Origin: Chiloscyllium plagiosum
Lineage: Eukaryota
DNA length: 47,806 nucleotides
Assembly: GCF_004010195.1 (NCBI RefSeq)
Contig: NC_057750.1
Location: 994,166-1,041,971, forward strand
Direction: 5' to 3'
A program made the position numbers and the translations under genes. The notes under the pieces are model-generated. The model saw only the letters and a list, made by a program, of their open reading frames with translations, was not told where the DNA came from and did not search any database. This document shows positions 23,834-35,529 of the stretch, in pieces; positions within the stretch are counted from its first letter, which is position 1, and the number at the start of each line of letters is the position of its first letter.

Positions 23834-24780
23834 AAACATTTTCCATCGTACATTCATCAGGACAACAACAAAATATCAGATTACAAAAGATTGCAACAAT
23901 TTATACTGGAGGAGAAAAGGATGCTAGCTCTTGGCAAATTAACTGTGATTGGATGGTGTGTTGCCATGGAACAGGAATGGTGAACTATAGGCTCCCCAAA
24001 CTCCAGAGTAATTCAAGGAAGGCGCAAGGCTAGATCATGTTCCTTTTACTTGCTGACAACAGCTCTCTGTGCCTGAAATGGACATCAAGTGTAAGTAACC
24101 CATCTTATGTGCTTAACAGTCTCTTCAATCAATTGTACAGTTTCTACGGCCCAAGCCATTTGCAAGTTTTATTCAGAAATTGAGTGCATCCAGTTTAAAC
24201 TGTAGGACAATGATTATTCTATCACATTGTGTATCGCATAAATTCACAAACAGAGCAAAGGCTAATATCACTTTTCAACTATGAGGTTCCCAGTCTGGTT
24301 CAAATTTCCTTGGTATCTCAGAAGTTGAAGAACAGATTCAAAATCTGTTTGATGCTGCCTCTATGAAGTGCTTACAGAGAATTATTCTGCACTAACAAGG
24401 TGTAGCTGTCAGTCCAATAAGACATTCTGCCTGCCACATAATTTATCAAAATTGTGCCTGGGTTTCAGTGCTAGTGTGATGTCAGGTATGTGGGCCATCC
24501 ATCTCAGTGTGTGGCTTATCAAATCTTTTGGCTGTTTGTAAGGCAGAGTACTGATTCTACCCAACCAGACTGCACTTGTAAAACCTGAAATAAAACTGCT
24601 CCTGTTAGACATGGTTCCATGTGAATGCAGTATGTGCTGAACAATCCTGACTGTATTAACAGAATAACAACAACCCATAATCAGTCAAGGTCACACCACT
24701 GATTGTTTTACACTCAGTATAAGTGATATAAACTTATATATAGGGACCCATTCTCTGCAAAAAACTAAAAAGGCTCAGAG

Positions 24781-24900
24781 GTTCTAAGGGTCACTCAACC
24801 CAAAATGTTAATCTGACTTCTCTCCATAGACACTGCCAGACCTGCTGAGCTTTTCCAGCAATCTCTTTTTTTTTCAGATTTACAGCATCTGCAGTTTTTA
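24781..24900 (+). mobile_element. PLE-terminus fragment with decayed HHR
   Basis: gggtcactcaacccaaaatgttaatc...gacctgctgagcttttccagc...cagcatctgcag. Confidence 0.7.
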
Positions 24901-25193
24901 TTTAAACTGTTTCAAACATTGGACATTAATTTTCAATTGGGTTCATGTGGAGCCCACAGTAATCCATTGTTTTTCTGAGGCAATGCCTCATCAATTCAGA
25001 GTTAACTTGATAATCAATCAGCACCCTTTTTGTTTGTGTTATAAATTGGTGTGATTATTTGAAATTTGGAATTCTTGTGTGGGTCCTGATGAACACAAGA
25101 TGTAATGATTTGCAACACGTCTGTCTTTTTGGAAATTAAAAAAAAATTATGTTTGTTAAAAATAAAAAGATTTGGTTCACTGAAATTATATTG

Positions 25194-25965
25194 TCATCAT
25201 CATCGCAGACGAAGATGACTCTCTCCAAGGATAAGTAAGAACAGGCTGATACAGCTACTGCAGGTTCTGATACCCTCGGGGCAGGTGGTAGTCACATGAG
25301 GGGGTGGGTGGGGCATTGGTTTGGCAGCACTGTTTTCACTTGGCTTCCATTTTTTCCCCGATGGCAAGTCTCAAAGTGCTTGGCACCTTCCAGAGTGCTC
25401 CTCCTCCACTTGGGACAACTTTGGGTCAGTGATTCCCAGGTGTCTAGGAATGCCACACTTCACCAGTGACACCTCGAGGGTATCACTGAAGCACTTCCTC
25501 TGTCTACCTGTATCCTGTTGGCCACAGCAGCTATTGAAGAGCTCCAGCATTGCCTCCAGTGTGCTATTGCAGCCTTCATTCACCTGAGGAAAAGGGTTTT
25601 CGAGAACAACAACATCAGGTGTGACACCAAGCTCATGGCAAAGATAGCTATGGTGGTTCCTGCCAGCCTATGTTGCTGTAAAACGCAGACTGTGTCTACA
25701 GCAGACACCTCAAAGCACCAGAGCAGCATCACCAATGCTGCCCATGCAAGATCCTGCAAATCCTGGGAAGAAAGACGCAACAACAGCAGTGTCCTTGACC
25801 AGGTCAAAAAACATTCCCAGCATTGAGGCACTGACCACCCTTGATTGATTGACTGCAAATGGGTTGGACACGTCATCTGCATGACTGACATAAGACTCCC
25901 CAAGCAGGTGCTATACTCCCAGCTCCAGGTGAGCCCCAGGTGGACAGAGGAAGTGCTTCAGTGAT
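25194..25965 (-). mobile_element. RTE-clade LINE 3' fragment with inverted 5' segment
   Basis: Minus 25515-25194 encodes GRQRKCFSDTLEVSLVKCGI plus (gat)n tail; plus 25520-25965 encodes ELQHCLQCAIAAFIHLRKRVF...WVGHVICMTDIRLPKQVLYSQL. Confidence 0.85.
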
Positions 25966-26744
25966 TGGAATGAGACAGATTAGGAATGAATGAGGTTGGA
26001 TTCAGTCCAATTAGAATGGTTGAATTGTTAGAAATTGATTCATTCAAATTTTATACAAACATGAAGGGGAAAATATTTTCCCACTGGGATTCTACAAAGG
26101 GGTTAGAATGTGATGATTCTTTAACAGTGCTTGCTTATTTATATTTGGCAGAGCCATGCCTCACAAAAACATTGAGAACTGCTACATTAAAACATCAATT
26201 GAGAAAGCGGTGCTATAATATATCATCGTTGATTGAGATGTCTTTCAGTTATATGTCTTAAACATTCATTGTAAATGTGCTTGAAAATATATTCAATGGA
26301 AATGCATTATGCAAAAAAATTGCTTTCAGGCCATTGGAGCCTTACTCCATATTCATGCCTGAGAATGAAAATGAATATATTGTTTTCAGGCCAGTAATAG
26401 CTCTGTTTATTTAGTCATTAGATTGAAGAAGGTGGTATTGCAGCAGGAAAACACTTTCTCAGAGTTTACATCTATATCTACACTGACAATACCACAAGGG
26501 ATTTACCACAGAGCATCGACCAATCCAAATATGAGTGCCAGCTCAATCCAACACTGAGAGCACACGTTCCCACTGTCACTGTTTTACTGTGAGGAATATC
26601 AGACCCGAGGATGGAACGGGTTGTCTCTTTTGAGACAACTTCATTCATCTGAAGGTTACTGAAAGCACAGGAGGGTTTAAATACAAACTTATTGTCAGTG
26701 CCAGAATACAATCACAGTTTAACAATGCATTAAGAAGGGTGGGT

Positions 26745-26910
26745 TTGATTAGATTAGATTCCCTACAGTGTGGAAACAGGCCCTTTGGCCCAACCAGTCC
26801 ACACCGACCCTCCGAAGAGTAACTCCATACAGACAGCCACCCGAGGCTGGGATTGAACCTGGGACCCTGGTGCTATGAGGCAGCAGTGCTAACCACTGAA
26901 CAACCGTGCC
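26745..26910 (-). mobile_element. HE1-type SINE, internally deleted
   Basis: Tail (agatt)n joined directly to antisense tRNA head. Confidence 0.88.
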
Positions 26911-27540
26911 AATTGCAATTCTCAGCTGAGGAACAGACAGGGCAAGCGGCAGCAGAAAAAAATGGAAATTCTATCTGGGGTAGCTGGATGGCCCCAGTAT
27001 TTATTGCCCGTCCCTAGTTGCCCCCTTGAGAAGGTGAGGGTGAGCTGCCTTCTTGAACTACTACAGTCCACCTGCTGTGGGTTGACCCACAATGCCTTTA
27101 GGGAGGGAATTCCAGGATTCTGACCCAGCCACACTGAAGAACAGTGATATATTTCCAAATCAGAATGGGGAGTAACGTGGAGGGGAACTAGCAGGGGGTG
27201 GTGTTCCCATGTATCTGTTGCCCTTGCCCTTCTCGATGGAAGTGGTCGTGGGTTTGCAAGGTGCTGTCTGAGGATCTTTGGTGAATTTCTACATCTTATA
27301 CATAGCTCACTCTGCTGTTACTGAGCATTGGTGGTGGAGGGAGTGGATGCTTGTGGATACGATGCTAATCAAGCAGGGGCTGCTTTGTCCTGGATGATGT
27401 TGAGCTTCCTAAATGATGTTGGAGCTACCCCCATCCAGGCAAATGGGGAGTATTCCATCACACCCCCGACTTGTGCCTTGTAGATGGTGGACAGGCTTTG
27501 GGGAGTTAGGAGGTGAGTTACTTGCCACAGTATCCCTAGT

Positions 27541-27727
27541 GGAGAAAGTGAGGACTGCAGATGCTGGAGATCAGAGCTGAAAATGTGTTGCTGGAAAAGC
27601 GCAGCAGGTCAGGCAGCATCCAAGGAGCGGGAGAAGCCCTGAAGAAGGGCTTATGCCCGAAACGTCGATTCTCCTGTTCCTTGGATGCTGCCTGACCTGC
27701 TGCGTTTTTCCAGCAACACATTTTCAG
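27541..27727. mobile_element. Young 187-bp palindromic HHR-bearing element with perfect 13-bp TSD
   Basis: cagtatccctagt at 27528-40 and 27728-40; near-perfect inverted arms. Confidence 0.93.
27630..27675 (+). ncRNA. Minimal hammerhead ribozyme with intact core
   Basis: CTGAAGA(27639-45)-A-GGGC-TTAT-GCCC-GAAA-CGTC(27663-66); ggagaa/ttctcc stem I. Confidence 0.82.
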
Positions 27728-27872
27728 CAGTATCCCTAGTCTCTATCCTGCTGTTATAATTGCTTATATGATAAGTCCAGTTGAATTTCTAGTTAATAGC
27801 AACCTCCAATGATGTTAATAATGGAGAATTCAGTGTTGGTAACACCTTTGAATGTCAAGGGGCAGTGATTAG

Positions 27873-28030
27873 GTTAGATATAGAATCCCTATTGTGGTGA
27901 AACAGGCCCTTCACCCAACAAGTCCACACCAACTCTCCGAAGAGGAGTAACCCACCCAGACCCATTCCCCTACTGCTCTACATTTACCCCAGACTATTAC
28001 ACCTAACCTATACATCCTTTCACCCTAACA
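27873..28030 (-). mobile_element. HE1-type SINE 3' half
   Basis: atagaatccctattgtggtgaaacaggccc...acctaacctatacatcc. Confidence 0.8.
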
Positions 28031-28477
28031 GGAATCTACTGTCTCTGTACTCTCATTATCTCATTTCTGAAGCTTTCCCTTATTCCAGCCATCCCTTTCA
28101 TCTGCAAACATCTGCCCCCAATCAACCTTTGAAAGTTCTTGCCTAATATGCTCAAAATTAGCCTTCCTCCAATTTAGAACTTCAACTTGTAGAACCGGTC
28201 TATCCTTTTCCATCACTATTTTAAAACTAATAGAATTATGGCCACTGGCCACAAAGTGCTCCCCCACTGACACCTCAGTCACCTGGCCTGCCTTATTTCC
28301 CAAGAGTAGGTCTTTTTTTGCATCTTCTCTATTAGCTACATACACACACAGAATCAGAAATTTTTAATGTACACACTTAACAAATTCATCTCCATCTAAA
28401 CCCTTAACACTATGGAAGTTCCAGTTTATGTTTGGAAACTTAAAATCACCTGCCATAACCACACTATTATTTTTACA

Positions 28478-28955
28478 GATAGAGTCATAGAGTCATAGAG
28501 TTTTACAGCACGACAAAAGACTCTTCGGTCCAACTCGTCCATGCCGACCAAATATCCTAAACTAATCTAGTCCCATTTGCCAGCCTTTGGCCCATATTCC
28601 TCTAAATCCTTCCTATTCATGTACCCATCTAGATGCCTTTTAAATGTTGTAATTGTACCTGTCTCCACCATTTCCTCTGGCAGCTCATTCCATACACACA
28701 CCACCCTCTGCATGAAAACGTTGCCCCATAGGTCCCTTTTAAATCTTTCCCCTTCTACTTCTGGACTCCCTCACCCCAAGAAAAAGACCTTGTCTGTTTA
28801 CCCTATCCATGGCCCTCACAATTTTATAAACATCCATAAGGTCAACCTTCAGCCTCCGACACTCCAGGGAAAACAACACCAGTCTATTCAGCCTCTCCCT
28901 ATAACTCAATCCTCCAACCCTGGCAACATCCTTGTAAACCTTTTCTGAACCCTTT
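28478..28955 (-). mobile_element. HER1/CR1 3' fragment nested inside the CR1 endonuclease region
   Basis: (catagagt)n tail plus antisense RT C-terminus; host sequence resumes at taactgagatctc. Confidence 0.9.
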
Positions 28956-29372
28956 TAACTGAGATCTCTTTACAAATTTGTTTCTCAATTTCCTGCGAAG
29001 TATGGGGGCTCTATAATACAATCCCAATATGGTGATCATCTTTTTCCTATTTCTCAGTTCCACCCAAATAACTTCTCTGGATGTATTTCCGGGAAAATGC
29101 TCCCTCAGTACAACTATCAAAACCACCATGCCCCTCTTCTCTTGCCCAACCCCCTTTTTGATCCTTCCGATAACCTCTATACCCTGGAACACTTAGCTGC
29201 CAGTCCTGTCCATCCCTGAGCCACGTTTCTGTAACTGCTATGATATCCCAGTGCTATGTTCCTCACCGCCTTTGCACTGAAGTAAATGCAGTTTAATTTA
29301 TCAGGCTTACCTTGTTCTCTGCTTTGTTCCTGCCTGGCCTGACTGTTTGACATGATCCTTTTTTTCAATTGT

Positions 29373-29387
29373 GGAGAAAGTGAGAAC
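29373..29387 (-). mobile_element. 15-bp PLE-terminus micro-insertion with 12-bp TSD
   Basis: tttttcaattgt-GGAGAAAGTGAGAAC-tttttcaattgt; insert matches 27541-27555 at 14/15. Confidence 0.8.
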
Positions 29388-30526
29388 TTTTTCAATTGTA
29401 CCAGTTTCAGATTGATCTCTTTTCTCACTATCTCCCTGGTTCTCACTGCGCCCCCACCCCCACCTTAATAGTTTAAATCCTCCCGAGCAGCTCCAGCAAA
29501 TCTCCCTGTCAGTATGTTAGTCTCCTTCCAATCCAGGTGCAATCTGTCCTTCTTGTACAGGTTACATCTACCCCAGAAGAGATTTCAATGATCCAAAAAT
29601 GTGAATCCTTATCCCATAAACCAGCTCCTCAGCCATGCATTAATCTGCTCTATCCTTATATTCCTACCCTCACTAGCTCGTAGCATCTGGAGTAATCCAG
29701 ATATTATTACCCTCGAGGGCCTCCTTTTTAAATTCCTGCCTAACTGTCTACATTCTCTCCTCAGAATCTCATCCTTTTCCCTTCCTATGTCGTTGGTTCC
29801 AATGTGTACAATGATCACCTACTGATCCCTCTCCCCCGTGAGAACATTCTGCACCCTCTCTGAGACATTCTTGATCCTGGCACCAGGGAGGCAACACACC
29901 ATTCTGGTTTTTCACTGCTGGCCACACAAACGTCTGTCTGTGCCTCAGATTAGAGAGTCCCCCATCACAATCAATTGTTTGGAATCCGACATACCCCTCA
30001 TTGCATTAGAGCCAGCAATACCAGAAACTTGGCTGTTCGTGCTATATTCCCCTGAGAGTCCATCACCTCCACATTTTCCAAAACAGCATACTTGTTTGAG
30101 ATAGGGATAGCACTACCTGCGTATCCCTCCTACCTTTCCTGGAGTTAACCCATCTACCCGACTGTATCTGCGGCTTTTCTCCCTTCCTATAACTGCCATT
30201 CATCACACTTCCCCACCCTCAGCTCTTGTAAATTCCTTATTGCCTCTAACTGCCGCTCCAACCAATCCATGCAGTCTGGTAGGATCTGCAACCAAACACA
30301 CTTCCTGCAGACATAATCATCAGTAACGTGGAAACTCTCCCTTAACTTCCACATTTGACAGGAAAAGCACATCACTCTATTAAAGGCCATCTTTGCTCCT
30401 TTACAATCTACAGACCCATAAAAATGGCACTGTCTTATTGCTGTAAAAAAAGACAGTGCTCCAGCTAACTTAGTACTTACGGTTTATATTTTTAAAATTT
30501 AATCAAGAGCCACATCGAATTAAAAC

Positions 30527-30830
30527 ATGTTTGACCTGATGTCACGAGACTTCCTGGGGCCCAGAGTGAATGTTGAGGACTCTCACAGCAACTCCTTCCC
30601 ACTGTGCTGTCCCTCTGCAGGGTCTGTCCTGTCGGTGGGACAGGACATATCCAGGGATGGTGATGGTGGGGTCTGGGACATTATAAGCTATGATTCCGTG
30701 AGAATGACTATGCCAGGCTGTTGTTTCTGGGACCGCTGCCAATTTTGGCACAAGTCCCAAATATTGGTCGAGGTCTTTGCAGGGTCGACACGGCTGGCTT
30801 TGGCATTGTCCTTTCTGGTGCCTTCATTGT
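30527..30830 (-). mobile_element. LINE APE-endonuclease fragment
   Basis: NVPDPTITIPGYVLSHRQDRP. Confidence 0.75.
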
Positions 30831-31274
30831 TGGCTAATAGTGGGTGCAATAAATAGAATGAGTTTCACTTTCTTGCATTAATATCTCATAACCTGCTGAG
30901 TTCTTAAATAGCCAAAGAATAATGGGGTGAGTATGAGGGGCTGGTAATAGATTTATAGCCGTTTTGAAAAGGCGATGGAAGGAGATTGAACAGAAATTGA
31001 ATAACTAATTGAAAAAGGGAGTTTCTCAAAGCTTTGGGGTAAGATATTTCCAAAAGTTTAGCACAGGTAAGAGATTGAATGGCCATAACTTTCCTGTTTG
31101 ATTTCCTTTGCCCTGCACAAAACAAAATGAGATTGTGGAATGGCTGATAATAAACCAGGGGTTAATATGTTTAAAACTCCAACCATCTCACTCAACTAAA
31201 CAAAAAGAAGAGATTGAGTAGGGAATGTTAGAAAAATCTTATTGTTGAACTTGATTTGAGCTCTGGAAATTCAT

Positions 31275-31608
31275 AGGTGACAAGGTATTTTCCCTGGGAT
31301 GGGGGAGTCTAGAACTAGAGGCCATAGGTTTAGGGTGAGAGGGGAAAGATATAAAAGGGACCTAAGGGGCAACTTTTCCATGCAGAGGGTGCTATGGGTA
31401 TGGAATGAGCTGCCAGAGGATGTGGTGGAGGCTGGTACAATTGCAATATTTAAGAGGCATTTGGATGGGTATATGAATAGGAAGGGTTTGGAGGGATATG
31501 GGCCGGGTGCTGGCAGGTGGGACTAGATTGGGTTGGGATATCTGGTCAGCATGGACAGGTTGGACCGAAGGGTCTGTTTCCATGCTGTACATCTCTATGA
31601 CTCTATGA
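31275..31608 (+). mobile_element. HER1/CR1 3' fragment
   Basis: ESRTRGHRFRVRGERYKRDLRGNF...; ctctatgactctatga tail. Confidence 0.92.
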
Positions 31609-32302
31609 CATATTTGTTGGGGTACTGTTCTTTGCTTTGTGAAAGGCACTATATGAATACAGGTTGTTGTTGCATTGTTGCGGATGGCTCAATGAATTGA
31701 TAACAAGCGAAAAAGGATTACTTCTCTTAACTTTGACAAGAACAATAAAACCATCCAAAACAGAGAAGAAAAATCACAGATTACCTTGCCCTCACATATT
31801 AAATGACAAGTAGTGCTATTTGTATCGTTAAAACTAGAACAAGTCAATTATCTTCACGTCAAATGAAATGGAATTTTGTGAGACTGGTAGAAATTTCAGT
31901 GGATCTACTCACATCTGCATCACTTATGAACTTGTTTAAATATCATTGAATTCCCAAATGCTCTGACAATATCAATAACACATCAATTTATCCTGAAGAG
32001 AAAAGAGTTTTTCTGAAAATACGTGGCATAATTATATTTTCTTCCAGTTGAGCTCCAATCGAAGTAGGCTATGAGTGATTGTAGGGCCCAATATGCTTTT
32101 TGCTTAAGTATAAAGCACAATGCAACATCCTGAGATCCTGTACACAGCACACAGAACTCGAGATGTTAGAGGGAAAAAGATAAATTGAACTCGGGATGAC
32201 CTTGAGAATTAAGAGTCAATGGATTGTCAGAGGAGTCAAAGAGTTAAGCTGAGAACAGCTGTCTCGAATGGTTTGTGAGTGAAGTATTAGAAGATTCTTA
32301 AG

Positions 32303-32650
32303 AGTGACATGGTGGCTCAGTGGTTAACACTGCTACCTCACAGCGCTAGGGACCCAAGTTCGATTCCAGTCTCAGGCCACTGTCTGTGTGGAGTTTACAC
32401 ATTCTCCCCGTCTCTGCGTGGGTTTCCTCTGGGAGCTCTGATTTCGTTCCATAGTCTGAAGATCTGGAGGTTAGGTGGATTGGCCATGGGAAATTGTCCC
32501 ATAGTGTCCAAGAAAGTGCAGGCTTAGGTGGAATAACCACAGGAAATGCAGGGTTACAGGGATAGGGGATGGGGTGGAATGTTCTTTGGAGGGTCAGTGT
32601 GGACTTGATGGGTCAAATGGCCTGCTTCCATACTGTAGAGATTCCATTAC
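32303..32650 (+). mobile_element. HE1-type SINE
   Basis: A box tggctcagtgg, B box agttcgattcc, HER1-like tail. Confidence 0.9.
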
Positions 32651-32773
32651 AGAGTTCTAAAGACAGATGTCTCTATTCTGGGATTATCCACGATTGGGAG
32701 AAGCAGTGTTCAAAGCTGAACCCATAATGAGTGCTGGGAATGCTGATGGGACCGAGACACATGGAAGCTGCGC

Positions 32774-32955
32774 TTTGCCACTGAGAGGGTCTGTTAGCTC
32801 AGTTGGTTGCTGGCTAGTTTGCCACTGAGACTGAGAGGGTCTGTTAGCTCAGTTGGTTGCTGGCTAGTTTGCCACTGAGAGGGTCGGTTAGCTCAATTGG
32901 TTGCTGGCTAGTTTGCCACTGAGAGGGTCGGTTAGCTCAGTTGGTTGCTAGCTAG
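32774..32955 (+). repeat. 44-bp tandem repeat x4 including a SINE A-box head
   Basis: tttgccactgagagggtctgttagctcagttggttgctggctag four times, second copy with a 6-bp duplication. Confidence 0.92.
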
Positions 32956-33087
32956 TTTGAGATGCAGAGTGAGGATAGTTCACAAGGGCTGAGGTGTAGT
33001 GACCCTCAGGTTAAACGACCACTAGTTGTTCCTCTTTAATGGGAAGGCTGTCGTATGGTTGGGAGGATCATGGTGACGATACCTTTT
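32925..33087 (+). mobile_element. tRNA-derived SINE remnant (same family as 38978-39377)
   Basis: gttagctcagttgg head; ccctcaggttaaacgaccac...atggtgacgataccttt tail. Confidence 0.7.
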
Positions 33088-33169
33088 AGAACAGAAGCAC
33101 AGAATCCCAAAAGTACACAGCCATTTTGGTCATCATTCTGGATTTCTGTTCCCAATCATTTTAAAAAAA

Positions 33170-33491
33170 TTATTCATGAGATATAGTCACTGGCCCATCC
33201 TTAATTGCCAAGAGGGCAGTTAAGAGTCAACCATCTTGCTGGGGGTCTGGAGTCACATGTAGGTCAGCCCAGGTAAGGATGGCAGCTTCCTTCCCTAAAG
33301 GACATTAGTGACCCAGATGGGTTTTTCCAACAATCAGCAATGGGTTCGTGGTCATCATTAAACTCTTATTTCCATATTATTATTGAATTCAAATTCCACC
33401 ATCTGCCATGGTCGTATTTGAATCCGGTCCCCAGAAGATTATCTGGGTCTCTGGTTAATAGTCCAGTGATAATACTACTCGGCTGTTGCCC
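33170..33491 (-). mobile_element. tRNA-derived SINE sharing its tail with the CR1/L2-like LINE
   Basis: gagggcagttaagagtcaacc...ttccttccctaaaggacattagtg; antisense head with B-box-like ggattcaaatac. Confidence 0.8.
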
Positions 33492-34304
33492 TTAAATGAC
33501 AATGGGGGAATTACTGGACTGGATTGCAAACAATTTTAAGATTAATCGATGGATAGGTTGATGAGTGAGGAAAAGAACTTGTGCATGCATAAGGCACAGA
33601 AAGCCAACTGGTAGAGGAGCCACCCTGAAACCTGACTGGACACACTGTTCAGCTTTTATTTACAGAGATGTACAGAACAGGCATGTGCTACCTAACTCAA
33701 CAGACTTTCAGTGAGTTTCTATTTATAGGAGCATATGTGAAACCCCCAATTATTGCCTTCCTGCAATTAAATGGAATCAATATACAATTAATGAGGAGGT
33801 CATGCTGAAACTGTATAACCACTAGTTAGGCCACAATGATTCTAATCGGAACAACGCTTCACTCATAAGGGCACAGATTAAAATCAGGTTTCCCGGAGGA
33901 GGCTTTATTCAATCGAAAACAAGGCCTTCTGTCAGGCAATTTGTATTCCATTTGAACCTGGAGCAAAGGTTTATGTAAAATACAAGGTAAATATGACAGA
34001 GAATGTACAAACTGAGATGTCTTAGATTTGCAAACCATTGAACCTTAGCTGCTCTCCACTAAAGATCATCACCTGATAATCCATCCAACTGTGATGGGAT
34101 AGAAGCCATTACAATGTTGTATTTCATTGCTTCTGCTCCGATAACATTCACATTTTGTTTCTTTGTGGTAAACATTTTTTTCCTCCAATTTACATTTTAC
34201 TTTGAGCAAGTCGTTGATTCTATTGCTTCCTTTCTGTTTGTACATTTCCACAATTCCCAGTGCACCTGGTTATATTTGTTTATTCCATTCATACCCTGAC
34301 TGTA

Positions 34305-34850
34305 CATAGAACACAGAACATAGGACATGGAAGATGGGACAGTGCAGCACAGGAACCAGCCCTTTGGCCCACGATGTCGTGCCAAATATGACACCAAATT
34401 AAAATAATTCCTTCTGCCTGCCCCTGGTCCACATCCCTCCATTCTTTGCATATCCACGTGATTATCTCAAAGAATGCCCTGATCGTATCTGCCTCCACCA
34501 CCACTCCCTGGCAGCACATTCCAGACTCCTGTGTAAATAAACTTGTCCCTCACATCTCCTTTGAACTTTCCCCATCTCATCTTAAATACCTGTCCGCTAG
34601 TTTTAGACATTTCAACTCTGGGGGAAAAAAAGATTGACCATCAACCCTATCTCTGCGTCTCATAATGTTATAGACTTCTATCAAGTCTCCCCTCAGCCTC
34701 CGCCACTCTAGAGAAAACAAGCTGAGTTTTTCCAGCCTCTCTTTATAGCTCAAACCCTCTATTCCAGGCAGTATCCTGGTAAACCTCTTTGCACCCTCTC
34801 CAAAACCTCCACATCCTTCCTGTAATGTGGTGACCAGAATTCAACACAAT
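34305..34850 (-). mobile_element. CR1 LINE 3' fragment
   Basis: (catagaa)n tail and antisense RT C-terminus. Confidence 0.88.
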
Positions 34851-35529
34851 TCTGTAAAAGTTATATATTCTTTATCGATTCCGTTTTGCTTTCCCCACAT
34901 TGCCCTCTCTGTGGTAAATATACTGCCTGAGACATGTCTTGATTTTTTCCCCTTACATGCTCTCACATTCCCACAATTCCTGAAGGAACAAATACCATCT
35001 GAATGCATTGCATTCCTTACTTTTTAGTTTCCGTGAACCTTCCCTTGTTGGAGGTTTCAATTCCCCCATTTGGTTTTGCTTCTATATTTCTCCCTCTTCA
35101 AACATTCAAAGGTCACTCATTACAGTATGTAATAACTAGTCTTGGATGACATTCCCCAATCTCTTTGGAATCCTAAAAACAGCAATTGTATCACCTCCGC
35201 ACCTTCTCTTCCCCACAGAGAGTAGACTCCGTTTACGTAATCCTTTAACTCATTCTCATTTCTGTCTTCTGAACCCCTTTGTACTTCCTGTGCGGTATCC
35301 TGAGTGCAGACACAGCGATGATTTATAAAGTGAAGGATTACCTGGTTATTTCAGCTCACTACTGACCTCCACACTTAGTCTGTACCCTGCTCTAATAGCT
35401 TTGCCTTAATCCGGCACTCCACATCAGTCCCAGGCAGCAGTGCAGTGCCCAGGTTTACTCAGCCTGTAGTTTTATGCCCACGGCTCCTTATTTTGGTCAC
35501 TAGCTCAGTGAAGATTTCAGCAAACAGGC

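Larger units (their letters stand above)
26975..27872 (-). mobile_element. CR1/L2-superfamily LINE 3' portion (interrupted at 27541-27727)
   Basis: Antisense tail ttattgcccgtccctagttgcccc; RT C-terminal VMEYSP-type motif (ggggagtattccatcac). Confidence 0.75.
28031..30525 (-). mobile_element. CR1 LINE 5' half: 5'UTR, ORF1 (zinc finger plus SGNH esterase), ORF2 endonuclease; RT absent
   Basis: VMCFSCQMW...YVCRKC; IIVHIGTNDIG; LNCIYFSAK; IWVELRNRK...GLYYRAP; DLLLGNKAGQV...NWRKANF. Confidence 0.9.

Noticed and set aside
27541..27727. DNA-transposon MITE interpretation of the hairpin elements
   Set aside because: Arms are unequal and not terminal, TSD lengths vary (8-13 bp), single-arm and micro copies exist, and the sequence matches a PLE terminus.
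32774..32955. Regular repeats as a CRISPR array or tRNA gene cluster
   Set aside because: Head-to-tail units without unique spacers; only an A-box fragment, no cloverleaf.
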